Below, one piece after another: positions 54,286-63,993 of a DNA stretch of 64,000 bases. The notes under the pieces were generated by a model. That model did not search any database and was not told the DNA's origin. It saw only the letters and a program-made list of their open reading frames with translations. The first letter of the stretch is position 1, and each line of letters starts with the position of its first letter. Position numbers and translations under genes: made by a program. Source of the stretch: a virus (lineage: Duplodnaviria; Caudoviricetes); IMG/VR virus record IMGVR_UViG_2832949849_000001, positions 1 through 64,000 of that record; one strand, given 5' to 3'.

Positions 54286-57003
54286 TTATTGGCTTAATTC
54301 GTCTAATTTGGCGGTATAAGCATTGACCGCTTGTTCTACCATGGCTTGCATTTCAGTATTGTCGCCACCGTTGTAACGCAAGGCGACTGCAGTCATGCGT
54401 TCATGAAAACCTTCACCCATCACATCAACCAAACCCTCAATGACCTCTTTTAAAAATGCTCGATCCGCATCATGACCAGACTCATCGGTTTCTTCAGGCT
54501 CAAATTCAGGCTCAAACGTATCTTCTAACTCAACCCATTCGCCATTTTCATTTTGTACTTTTACAAATAGATTCAACAAACTACTCTCATTCTGTTGACT
54601 GACATCATCAAAAGTGGCAGTATTAATCAAGCTTGAAACCCCAGCTTTGGTAGTTGGGAAAGGTTCGGGCTGTAAAGCGGCACTATCTAGTGTCGCTTTT
54701 ACTTTGTTAGGCAACATCAAATCATAGTGCAGGTATCCTTGAATATCCCGTTCTATCATCACTACAACCTGATGTAACATCCCATCCACAGCAATAGTAT
54801 TTTCAAGTTTGTAATATTCAAACGTACCTGGTTTAGCAGCTAATTTAAAATTCGGCTCTACCACTGCATTTCGCGCTGTTTCAATAATTTCTTCGATTTT
54901 GGCGGCCAGTAAGATTTTTACAGGATTGCCTGTATATCGGATGAACTCCTTCACGCTGCGATTACGAATTTCTACTTTACGCACATCACCATTTTCATCT
55001 CGCGGCATAGCAGGACAATCCACCCATTTACCACGCAATGATTCCAAATGTGTACGAGCAGCCGCACGCATGGCTTTCTTGCCTTCATCGGTGCTTAAAT
55101 CAAAATCACCCAATTCATTTCCTACAAATTGGACGGGTTCCAACTGTGAATTTAAAACTGGCTCCGGTTCTAAAGCCGGCTCTGGCTGCGAATTAACAAC
55201 ATCCTCCAGATTGGCTACATGCTCACCATTACTATCAATCACGCTCACAATCTCAATATTCCATCCAGAATCATTGACAGCACTATCAAACGCAGCTACA
55301 TTTGAATTCATAGGAGTCTGCCCAAGCAGTGACCGACCAACAAGATTGTTGCCCAAAGCATCAAGAACTGAATTGTTGGAGCCAGTATCAAGCTTGGGTT
55401 CGGCTCCTTTTAATTTATTGTGATATGCCAAGAATTCAAATTTTGCGTTTTCACGCTCAGCCACCGTAACGATATGCGTAACTGTGTAGCTTCCAATCAC
55501 AGCCTCACCCTTAAAGCGGTGAAAAGCCACAAAGCTGTCTTTTCGGTCCTTTTTAACTCCCTCACGTCCCAAGTAATCGCCATTTTTTAAGGTGTTTGGT
55601 ACGAACGGAATAATCGCTGCTCTAAAGCGATCTTTATCTGTACCCAATCGCATCTCACGCGTAGCAACTGAAGTAAACAATACATCACCAATCACTGTTT
55701 TAACGTATCGGCCTTGAAAGTTTTCACGCATATAACGCTGAACGGCATCATACAAATCAGCTTCACCGGCATTCATGAATGCGTGAATATCTGTATTAAG
55801 CAAATCAATGTTCATTTCAGATGGCTCTACGCCATTTGGCACTTGTTGCGGTTTCGGCTCTACAACAACCACGCTAGAACCATTTTCCAATGCCGCGATT
55901 TGGTCCAACAAGCTCTGTAAAACATTCTTCTTCTGCTCAATACGCTCTTCCGTGGCTTTGATTTCAGCTTCATTCTCAGCCGCTTTGGCATTGGCTCGCG
56001 CAAACTTGGTGGCGTTGGCTTCAACCAAGGCCATAATCTTTTTGGCAATGGCTGCAATGGATTGGTCTTGGCCATTCTCTTTGGCCACCACGATGGTGAT
56101 GTCTTTCTTGTTGAGCATCCACTTCCAAGACACCATTGAATCATCAGGTGATAGCTTATTGGGTGTTACATCAGGATTGTGAAAGAACACCGATACTGTT
56201 TGGCCATCGCTCATGCTGAACAACATGGCAATGTTGGTGGTGCCACCTTGGCGGTATGGCTCAGTGACTTCAACGCCACCTTCTTCCACCACCTTAATGT
56301 CATCACCTGCAGCACGATTCAAAGCCATGCCGATTTGGGCGGCTTTCTTTTGGATTTGGTTATTAGGTATTACCAAGGCATCCAACACACCCAACTCGCC
56401 ACCATCTTGGTGTTCAATTTGGTCTAATAAATCACGGTGGTTATTGGCTTCAATCAATTGGCCATAAGCACTGTCCATGACACGCATGTCGTATAAAACA
56501 CGGCTGGCAGCCGCGGTAGGTTGATCCCAATCATATTCAGGAATTTGTTGCATGGCTGTCTCGCTGTAAGAGTCGAAAGGGAGGGATTGGGCACTCATGG
56601 CCTCTTTGTGATTACCGTACTCTAGCCACCATTTGAATTGACCGACGGTACACGCCACCACACTCATGGGCTTCTTGCCAAAGCAGCCAAGGCTGTACAC
56701 ATTGATGGCATGGTCTTGGTCTAGAAAACCAAACATGACTTTGTGTTCATCAAAACCCACACCTTGTTTGTCTTGGTTAATCACATACACAGTATTGGTT
56801 TCAGGATAAGGCCCAACGTAACAATCAATTGGGTCTTGGTCTGCCCCTTTGGTACCAACCAATTCGCCGTAATCATCTGAAACTAAAATAGGTGGGCGGC
56901 CTGATTTGATGCGATAACTGCCTGCTACGGATTCAATATGCACTGGCAAGCCATAAACCGATGTAACACGCCCGTTTTCATTGCGGGTGACGTTGCCCAT
57001 CAC
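54286..57003 (-). CDS. DarA-like polyvalent protein (pyrophosphatase-like domain, DarA-N, coiled coil, two LPD3-like domains, DarA-C-like end)
   Basis: DYG...GTKGAD.D.ID.YVG..FDEHKVM.GF; SDGQTVSVFFHNPD.TP.K..P.D...SWKWMLNKKDIT.VVA.E.G.D. Confidence 0.75.
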   Translation of the reverse strand: MMGNVTRNENGRVTSVYGLPVHIESVAGSYRIKSGRPPILVSDDYGELVGTKGADQDPIDCYVGPYPETNTVYVINQDKQGVGFDEHKVMFGFLDQDHAINVYSLGCFGKKPMSVVACTVGQFKWWLEYGNHKEAMSAQSLPFDSYSETAMQQIPEYDWDQPTAAASRVLYDMRVMDSAYGQLIEANNHRDLLDQIEHQDGGELGVLDALVIPNNQIQKKAAQIGMALNRAAGDDIKVVEEGGVEVTEPYRQGGTTNIAMLFSMSDGQTVSVFFHNPDVTPNKLSPDDSMVSWKWMLNKKDITIVVAKENGQDQSIAAIAKKIMALVEANATKFARANAKAAENEAEIKATEERIEQKKNVLQSLLDQIAALENGSSVVVVEPKPQQVPNGVEPSEMNIDLLNTDIHAFMNAGEADLYDAVQRYMRENFQGRYVKTVIGDVLFTSVATREMRLGTDKDRFRAAIIPFVPNTLKNGDYLGREGVKKDRKDSFVAFHRFKGEAVIGSYTVTHIVTVAERENAKFEFLAYHNKLKGAEPKLDTGSNNSVLDALGNNLVGRSLLGQTPMNSNVAAFDSAVNDSGWNIEIVSVIDSNGEHVANLEDVVNSQPEPALEPEPVLNSQLEPVQFVGNELGDFDLSTDEGKKAMRAAARTHLESLRGKWVDCPAMPRDENGDVRKVEIRNRSVKEFIRYTGNPVKILLAAKIEEIIETARNAVVEPNFKLAAKPGTFEYYKLENTIAVDGMLHQVVVMIERDIQGYLHYDLMLPNKVKATLDSAALQPEPFPTTKAGVSSLINTATFDDVSQQNESSLLNLFVKVQNENGEWVELEDTFEPEFEPEETDESGHDADRAFLKEVIEGLVDVMGEGFHERMTAVALRYNGGDNTEMQAMVEQAVNAYTAKLDELSQ

Positions 57004-57488
57004 ACACCACCTTGCAGCGCGGCTAGGGTTGCCTGTGCTTCGGCAATCAAGCCATCCAACTCAGCCTCTTGCGACTCTAATGCGGCTTTACGGGTGACAC
57101 GCGTATTACCCGACCCTTTAGGTGGCGTGGCTTTTTTGCGCGCCAAAGCCTTTTGAAATTTGGTTGCGTTGGCATCCAAGTCATTGACGATTTCAGCCAA
57201 AGCTTTTTTGATGTCGTCTTGCTCTTTCATCGGCAAAATTTTGCCATTCATACGCACCTGGTAGATGTCACCGGTTTGCTTCACACGCAAGACGATGGTT
57301 TGAGAGTCTGCCAAAGTAAAACCAATTTCACGGTAAGTGATGCTGTTCTCACGTTTGGTCTTTTCAGCCACCCAAGATGCGGCAATTTCAGCCCCTGCTC
57401 GCTTAAAAGCGGTGACCAGCTTTTTGGGTGCTGTTGTATCGTTTCCCTTGAGTTCATCCCAAGTAAACAAATGATTGGTATCTGCCAT
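57000..57488 (-). CDS. Hdf-like (DarA N-terminal homolog) protein
   Basis: ADSQTI.LRVKQTGDIYQV..NGK.LP; directly upstream of the darA-like gene as in P1. Confidence 0.7.
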   Translation of the reverse strand: MADTNHLFTWDELKGNDTTAPKKLVTAFKRAGAEIAASWVAEKTKRENSITYREIGFTLADSQTIVLRVKQTGDIYQVRMNGKILPMKEQDDIKKALAEIVNDLDANATKFQKALARKKATPPKGSGNTRVTRKAALESQEAELDGLIAEAQATLAALQGGV

Positions 57489-57522
57489 AACAAAAGCCCA
57501 CTACAGTTGTTGTAATGGGCTT

Positions 57523-57563
57523 ATTATCAAGCGGCTGATGATGGCAGTTTCGAAGCGTTCCCT
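57523..57563 (-). promoter_or_regulatory. Putative late promoter (hdf-darA-ddrB operon)
   Basis: AGGGAAC-N28-GATAAT followed by a hairpin plus T-tract. Confidence 0.75.
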
Positions 57564-57586
57564 CTTCCACTAAACAGTGATTTGCA

Positions 57587-57952
57587 CTACTTGGCTTTAA
57601 ACTCCTTAATAGGAATTGGTTTGTCTTTAACCAACTCCACCACACCTTCATTCAAGCCATTGAAATTTTTAAAGTGAATGGAAACCCCATCATTACCCAC
57701 CATACGCATACCACTGCCTGAAACTGCAATTTTTAACAGGTGGTTTTTACCTGAGTTATCCATCATCGTCGCGGTTTTAAAACCATCGTTCGATTTCAAT
57801 TCAATGGTTAAATCATAAGGGCCTGTAAAGTAGATGACTTGGGTTTCTTGCTGTATGGCATGTTCAGTACTAGAAACTTGCTTACTCTGTTCTACAGTCG
57901 CACAACCCACCAATCCAACAGCGATGAATCCCAATATGATGGCTTTTTCCAT
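57587..57952 (-). CDS. Lipoprotein, MliC/PliC-like lysozyme inhibitor
   Basis: Lipobox LVGC; AVSGSGMRM and IHFK..EG resemble the MliC SxSG and xxKGxE motifs. Confidence 0.6.
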   Translation of the reverse strand: MEKAIILGFIAVGLVGCATVEQSKQVSSTEHAIQQETQVIYFTGPYDLTIELKSNDGFKTATMMDNSGKNHLLKIAVSGSGMRMVGNDGVSIHFKNFNGLNEGVVELVKDKPIPIKEFKAK

Positions 57953-58288
57953 AACATTTCTTTCAAATTTGACGTCTCATTACATGAGCATATACTCACA
58001 AATCACCCTAAAAATATAATTTATTTTTATTAAAAATGATTTATTTATTACTCTATGCTATAATCGCTCTACCTTGTTAGTTTCAACAGCCAAATTGGCT
58101 CTTCTGTAATACCTTCTGCTTGATCCTCAGAAAATAAAAACAGCAACATCATAAGAAAGGACTGACGCTATGCAACATAGACGCAGACTGAATACTTTCC
58201 GTGCCATGAAAAAAGCTCAGGAAAATACTGAACAATCTAAATAATTAATAAAAAATATACCGCCATCAGGCGGTTTTTTATTGCTTAA

Positions 58289-59875
58289 TCACTTGATAGT
58301 GATTGCCGCCATCTTCGCCTTGGCCAGTTCCAAAGCACTCTTTTTCTTCTCTTGCGCACCCACGCCACCATCAGCTCGATCACTAACGTTGTAATGCACG
58401 CCTTCCAAATTCGCAAAACACACCGTATCAAAAATATCGGGTGATTTGATGCCTTGGGCGGCCATCTTTTCTTTACCCATGATTTGGTAGCGCAACACAC
58501 CCGAATCGGTAAAGTTGTAAGGGATATGTGTCGCCTGGTAAATGAACATTTCCTTGGTCTTCTTAGGCAAGTTCCACAAAAAGCGAATCCGGCCTTGGCG
58601 TATGGCATCACGAGTATGGACCGAACATTGGGCGCGCTGATTGATGAAACGGTTTTTGTACTCGGTTTTGAAATTGGGCTTGCCCCACGATACCCGCACC
58701 ACATCAAAGCCTTCGTCTTCCAAGTCCTTACACAATTGCAAACCATTGCCACCACTGTCGATGACCAAACGAATGTTGGAATATTTGGCAGCTTCTTCGG
58801 CAATGCGGCCTTTGAACTGTTTCACATCGATGCCATTGCTAAAAATCGGAATGTCGATAAAATCAATGACGCGGTTTTCACCCACACCTTTGACCTTGGC
58901 CAAAGTGGCTACCGAATAATCTCGGTACTCACCTGCAGCGACGTCGCACAACAGAAACCAGCCCCAATCCTCGTCATCTTCGGCAATCAGAGGTGTGGTG
59001 TTGGCCATCGCTTCATCCAACATGCGCCGGTGTATTAAGGTTCGTTCTTCATCTTCGGCAAACTGTCCCAATACCCGTATGCGGTACTCAACTGAGTCAC
59101 GACCACCTGATTCCACCTCTCGTGCTTTGAGCCACTTGCGGCTCACGTGTGGGGCGTTCTCAGAGTTGAAACACAGATTAATCCAACCGCCTTCATCCAC
59201 AGGTGTGTTGATGTGCGATAAGGTGTGGTGAGTGTCATAGAAATAGCCTGTGGTTTTAACGCCTTGGCTGAATAAAAATGTGCGATTACCCTCTTGGGTT
59301 TGGGTACCATTAATCACGTCATAGTGACTGTCAGCCACACCTGCAGCTTCATCAATGAAAATGGTTTGGTAATAACGGTGCTTACCGGCAATGGCCACAG
59401 AATCAGCATTGCCTAAGGCAATTTTGGCAATAAACCATTGGTCTTTGTAGCCATCCATGTACCACCGTTCAGCCTTTGGATGTGTGCGTCCTGTCAGCCA
59501 TCCCATACCATCCAGCATTTTGATGCGCTGAAAATTGTCGTTCATTTCTTTCCACACACCATCAGCCACCTGTTGAATCACCGGTGCGCCCACATAGGTG
59601 TTGGAACCGACTTCAATCTTGCCATCGTATTCCACCACAGGAAAACACCACATCGAATGCAGCGCAGCACCACCTAGCCAAGCAGTTTTGCCCGTACCGG
59701 TACCAGACACCACAGAAATGCGCGATGTTGGATTGATGGCCAATTTTGATAAAACTTGTTGATCACGGGTCAGTGTCAGTCCACACAAGTCAAACAGAAA
59801 GCCTTCTAGGTTGAATTGGTACTCTTTTAAGAAGTCATGGTAAATCGGCAGGCTTAAAATGGATTGAATGGCCAT
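58289..59875 (-). CDS. Terminase large subunit
   Basis: VSGTGTGKT, IFIDEAAG, RVLGQF, CDVA.G, IDSGGNG, SPDIFD. Confidence 0.88.
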   Translation of the reverse strand: MAIQSILSLPIYHDFLKEYQFNLEGFLFDLCGLTLTRDQQVLSKLAINPTSRISVVSGTGTGKTAWLGGAALHSMWCFPVVEYDGKIEVGSNTYVGAPVIQQVADGVWKEMNDNFQRIKMLDGMGWLTGRTHPKAERWYMDGYKDQWFIAKIALGNADSVAIAGKHRYYQTIFIDEAAGVADSHYDVINGTQTQEGNRTFLFSQGVKTTGYFYDTHHTLSHINTPVDEGGWINLCFNSENAPHVSRKWLKAREVESGGRDSVEYRIRVLGQFAEDEERTLIHRRMLDEAMANTTPLIAEDDEDWGWFLLCDVAAGEYRDYSVATLAKVKGVGENRVIDFIDIPIFSNGIDVKQFKGRIAEEAAKYSNIRLVIDSGGNGLQLCKDLEDEGFDVVRVSWGKPNFKTEYKNRFINQRAQCSVHTRDAIRQGRIRFLWNLPKKTKEMFIYQATHIPYNFTDSGVLRYQIMGKEKMAAQGIKSPDIFDTVCFANLEGVHYNVSDRADGGVGAQEKKKSALELAKAKMAAITIK

Positions 59876-60593
59876 CAGGCGTCCTGAGATTTACCAGATT
59901 GTTGCTCATACAGCTCTTTGGCCAAACGTTCGGCGGCCTCAAAAGCGGCTGCACGTCTGGCGGCACCATCTTGAGCCAACAGCTTCAAAGTTTCGGTACT
60001 GGCCTCAATCGTGGTTTCTACTTTCAGATTGTTACCGTATTTGGCAGGCGCCAAACGGGTCAACGACCATTCCAAAGCATCAATAATGACTTTGCCACGT
60101 TGCACAAACAGCTTGTTCCATTCAGGTGTGAATGTGCCATTGCGCTCAGTCATCATAATGTCGTGCTCGATGTCATAAGCCACACGGAAACGCTCATCGT
60201 GCATCAATTGGATATTGGCTTCCATCACTTCATGATACATCTTCTCCAGCTCACCACTGGTATCACGCCGCAACCAACCTAAAAAGGCGGCCATGGTCGG
60301 GTATTTGTCACGATTGCCGTTCAGGACGCCTGACAAAGTCTTAAAACGCTTGGTATCAGGCTCTGGCATGGTCAGGTCGGTCAAGATGTCTAGAAATAAG
60401 GTGGCACTGAACTCAACATAAAGCTTGCGCTCTTTTTTAGCCAAATCGAGCGCCTTTGTGATTTCACCTTCAAAAGTGGCTTTTTTACGTCCAGAATTAG
60501 CGGGTTTACTCGTCCCTTAGGTGCACCACGTGTTGGAGTGGGCTTGTTTTGATTCTTCTTTAATGTAGGTGTTCTCTTAGATTTAGTTTCCAT
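59875..60593 (-). CDS. Putative terminase small subunit, frameshift near 60440
   Basis: RGAPKGRVN N-terminus, W...RLAPAKYG; coupled to the large subunit. Confidence 0.6.
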
Positions 60594-60710
60594 ATGATTG
60601 AATCCTTATTTTTAAGCTCAAAGCCTTTACCCGCGCGTATATGGAACTTATAAAATGTTGGAATTCCACCCTTTGACCGCTGTTTTAATTTCGGCTTAAA
60701 TTAACAAAAT

Positions 60711-61745
60711 TTAACGATTAGAAGCCAACGCTTTAAAGCCACTGGCCAAGGTTTTACAGATGGCATTGGCAGCATTGCTGATAGCTTTAATCAAGACTTC
60801 AAAACGCGCACTGTCCACATCGTTCTCTTGGTGCTTCTCCCAAGCTTTGGAAGTCACCAAATCTTCAAACTCAGAGAGGCTTAATTGTTTGAGCATTGGC
60901 AAAGGCATATTGGGCAATTCAAGCTGCATCATCGCCAATTGGTTCTTCATGTCGCGCCCAAACCTCAAGCGCGCCGTAAGGGACAATGGCATCAAAGCAA
61001 AATCGGTAAGGTGCGTACACCTCACCCCTTTCGTTGGCATCAAAGCAAAACCATCATCAAACACACGTAAGCGCACGATATGATCCAATGCCAACAAGCC
61101 TTGCTCAAAAGCCATCATCAAGGCCGCATAATCACTGACCGACATCGACAAAATGCGTTGGATGTTTTCATTGATATAAGCATCAATGCTGACATGTTGC
61201 TCATCCAACCAAGACCATTCAAAATCACGGGCATGAATCTGAGCCGCCGCACAGGCAATACGCCAAGCTTCACGCTTGTCTGTCACACCTTTGACTTGGC
61301 CATTCAAGACGCAGCGCTCGATTGCCACTGCTGATGCACCTGTCAATGGCAACATCTTCAACAAATCAGGGCTGTCTGACTCACTGTCTAGCTCAAATTC
61401 ATATTTCAAATCATCAGCCACCACTTGGCGTCCGATTTTATGCAATGGATAGTCTTGGTCTTCTAACACATACACTGACAAATCAGCACCGGTATCGGCA
61501 TCCAACACCAATGCCTGACCACCATTGATGGCATGGGTATGGTAATGCAATAAGCCGGCATACAATTCTTGTACGGTCCATGCCTCAATAGGTACATTGG
61601 TTTCAGCCACCACTTGTTTGACTGAATGAAAAACACCTGCCTCATTGTTCAAAGTGGGCATCGCTGCCAAATCGATGACATCACCGATAGACAGCTCTTT
61701 CATGTGTGCATTAATACGGGCAGTGACCAAAGGTGGGATATACAT
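60711..61745 (-). CDS. Hypothetical phage protein
   Basis: 344-aa ORF coupled to the HTH gene. Confidence 0.55.
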   Translation of the reverse strand: MYIPPLVTARINAHMKELSIGDVIDLAAMPTLNNEAGVFHSVKQVVAETNVPIEAWTVQELYAGLLHYHTHAINGGQALVLDADTGADLSVYVLEDQDYPLHKIGRQVVADDLKYEFELDSESDSPDLLKMLPLTGASAVAIERCVLNGQVKGVTDKREAWRIACAAAQIHARDFEWSWLDEQHVSIDAYINENIQRILSMSVSDYAALMMAFEQGLLALDHIVRLRVFDDGFALMPTKGVRCTHLTDFALMPLSLTARLRFGRDMKNQLAMMQLELPNMPLPMLKQLSLSEFEDLVTSKAWEKHQENDVDSARFEVLIKAISNAANAICKTLASGFKALASNR

Positions 61746-62411
61746 TCATTTTTCCAATACAGAGGGGTGTGGTTCTAAATCCAATCTCGCCTGCATCACA
61801 TCTTCTATTTCTGTTGGTAAGGTCAATTCCACCAAACGATGCCGACGTCCTGCGATTTGTGCTTGCATAAATGCAGCTTTAGCATGACCCAAAGCACTTT
61901 CTACTCGGGCACCATTGCGTACTTCAGATTCAAAATACTTGCGATTCAACTCAATCATGCGATCAATTTGCTCTACCAACACCACCCCGCTGTTAACCGC
62001 CTCTTCGTAGCAGTGCAGCTTGGCAGCATGTTGGCCAATAGAGCCTGAAATCTTAGAAGCCATCAAACTCCAATAGTGTTGACCCACCGTATGCAGCATT
62101 TCATTGATTTCCAATGAATGTTTTAACTCGCTAGAGCTGTCAGTGGCACATAGCAAGTAGTCAGTTGAGACCCCATAAAACATCGCCAATTCTCGCAAAG
62201 CCCACATGGGAATGGGTTTTTCACCATGCTCCCACTCACTCAGATGTGACTTTTGAATGCGACCAGGGAAGGCAGCAACCACTTGGTAAATCTTAATGCC
62301 CAAAGCAGTACGGGTTTTTTGTAAGCGTTCACCCGCCAAACGCGACAAACGCATGTTTTCGGTTTCTTTGCGCTTAGAGGGTGTGACTGTGTGTGGTGCT
62401 GCATTAGCCAT
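61746..62411 (-). CDS. XRE-family HTH regulator
   Basis: GERLQKTR..LG...KSHLSEWEHGEKP....L..LA.FYGVSTDYLL. Confidence 0.8.
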   Translation of the reverse strand: MANAAPHTVTPSKRKETENMRLSRLAGERLQKTRTALGIKIYQVVAAFPGRIQKSHLSEWEHGEKPIPMWALRELAMFYGVSTDYLLCATDSSSELKHSLEINEMLHTVGQHYWSLMASKISGSIGQHAAKLHCYEEAVNSGVVLVEQIDRMIELNRKYFESEVRNGARVESALGHAKAAFMQAQIAGRRHRLVELTLPTEIEDVMQARLDLEPHPSVLEK

Positions 62412-62946
62412 GTTTGCTCTCTCCTGTCTTTGGACGCTTCCCTGCTTTCTTGGCCTTTTTATGGTGGCTGCTAAAAATTTCTGTAATTTTGATTCGGTGG
62501 CGATGCCACATCAGTGCTTTTTTTAATTTGTACAAACCAAGCACCATGCCTTTTACATCTACCAATTCAATGCGGCCATCTAAATGGGTTATGGCAAAAT
62601 CCGCAACATAATCAATCTTATGCGAATACACCGAACCATCTTCATTCAAAACCTTATCGGCAATCGGATAACGCACCTGACACTCAAAATCAGCAATGAT
62701 GCCAGCTTCTTTTTGCTGTTTAAGCAATTGGTAATGCTGGGCTTCTAAGGCACTGTCAAACTTACGGCCATCTACCTTGGTAATTTTATTGCCATACTTG
62801 CTAGTGGCTTTGGGCTTGCCCGTTTTAGCATCTGCTTCACGCCATTTGCCTTTAGCGTCCTGTACCAACTGCCCTGCTGCCACACGTCGGTTAAACTCAA
62901 CCGTACTGATTCGCTCTTGTTTGCCTATTGCTGTATTAGACATCAA
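62404..62946 (-). CDS. DUF1064-like phage endonuclease
   Basis: SKYGNK.T.VDG.KFDS..EA, YVADF, DVKG. Confidence 0.8.
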   Translation of the reverse strand: MMSNTAIGKQERISTVEFNRRVAAGQLVQDAKGKWREADAKTGKPKATSKYGNKITKVDGRKFDSALEAQHYQLLKQQKEAGIIADFECQVRYPIADKVLNEDGSVYSHKIDYVADFAITHLDGRIELVDVKGMVLGLYKLKKALMWHRHRIKITEIFSSHHKKAKKAGKRPKTGESKHG

Positions 62947-63185
62947 CTACCTTCCCTTAAAACGCAGCGTTCCCTCTTTTGGGCTTGATTTTCATCATGC
63001 GCCCTCACCTCCAACCAATAAGCACGAATGGGCTCCATATCCATGCCTTTGTCTTTTTGCTCCCGCCACCATGCCTCACGGCTGGATTTGATTAATCGAG
63101 CCGCCCAGCGCCATCGACACTGATCGCAATGGGCTAAGGTGGTGTATCCCATCACCTTGCATGATGCGCAGTACTCTTCAATCAT
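62943..63185 (-). CDS. Small hypothetical protein with CxxC pairs
   Basis: CASC...CDQC; overlaps both neighbours. Confidence 0.5.
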   Translation of the reverse strand: MIEEYCASCKVMGYTTLAHCDQCRWRWAARLIKSSREAWWREQKDKGMDMEPIRAYWLEVRAHDENQAQKRERCVLREGS

Positions 63186-63993
63186 TTACGGTAATCTTCC
63201 CAAGAAAACAAAACATTCCAAGGCCTACCGCCTGTTTCTTTCATACGAGACATGGTCAAGTCACCAACGCTTTTTTCAAACTCAATCAAATCACCATTGC
63301 AAATGAAAATCGTAGGACGCATTTCTGCATAGCGTGCATTGAACACATCAAAAAATGCACGTGCATCGGCTTCGCTGTTCTGGTTTAAAATCCGTACTTC
63401 ATCCACCACAAGCAAATCAAACGACACCAAAGCATCAATCACTTGGCTTTCAGTCACATTGGAGTCAAACGACTTAGCTTCACGAATACGACGTAACATG
63501 TCATTGGCAGTGGTGAAATGAGCCGTTTTACCGAAGCGCTCGATCACCGCATTGGCAATGGCACAAGCCAAGTGGTTCTTGCCATTACCACGGTTACCAT
63601 GAAACACCACATTGCGACCTGAATGCTCAGTCTCAAACTCTTTTACAAACTCAACTGCAAAAGATTTGGCATTTTTTGTTCTGCAGTATTGGCAACGTAA
63701 TGATTAATCCGTTTATCACGGAAGCGCTTAGGGATACCTGCATCGACAATTGCTTTCTCAACTGCCATAATTTTTTGCTTGGCTTGATTCTCTGCCTGCA
63801 TGACTGCCAACAATTGTTTGGTTTCTGCTTTCTGCTCCTCAGCCACACACTGAGGGCAACGGGTCCACAAATCACGTAAACCAAGCTTGGCAACGTAAGC
63901 ACCGTGTTTTGAACAAACTTCATCACGGGCGCGGATTTGAGCGCTTGTAACACCTACAGGCAAAATGCTTGAAATATTTTGTAACATGACCAT
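63182..63993 (-). CDS. DnaC/IstB-like helicase loader, frameshift near 63675
   Basis: C.KHG..CPQC, GIPKRF, GNRGNGKNHLA, LLVVDEV, RY..MRPTI. Confidence 0.8.

Noticed and set aside
62934-62974. AGGGAAC-N28-TCTAAT as a further late promoter
   Set aside because: Lies within coding sequence, lacks the conserved A of the -10 and has no hairpin
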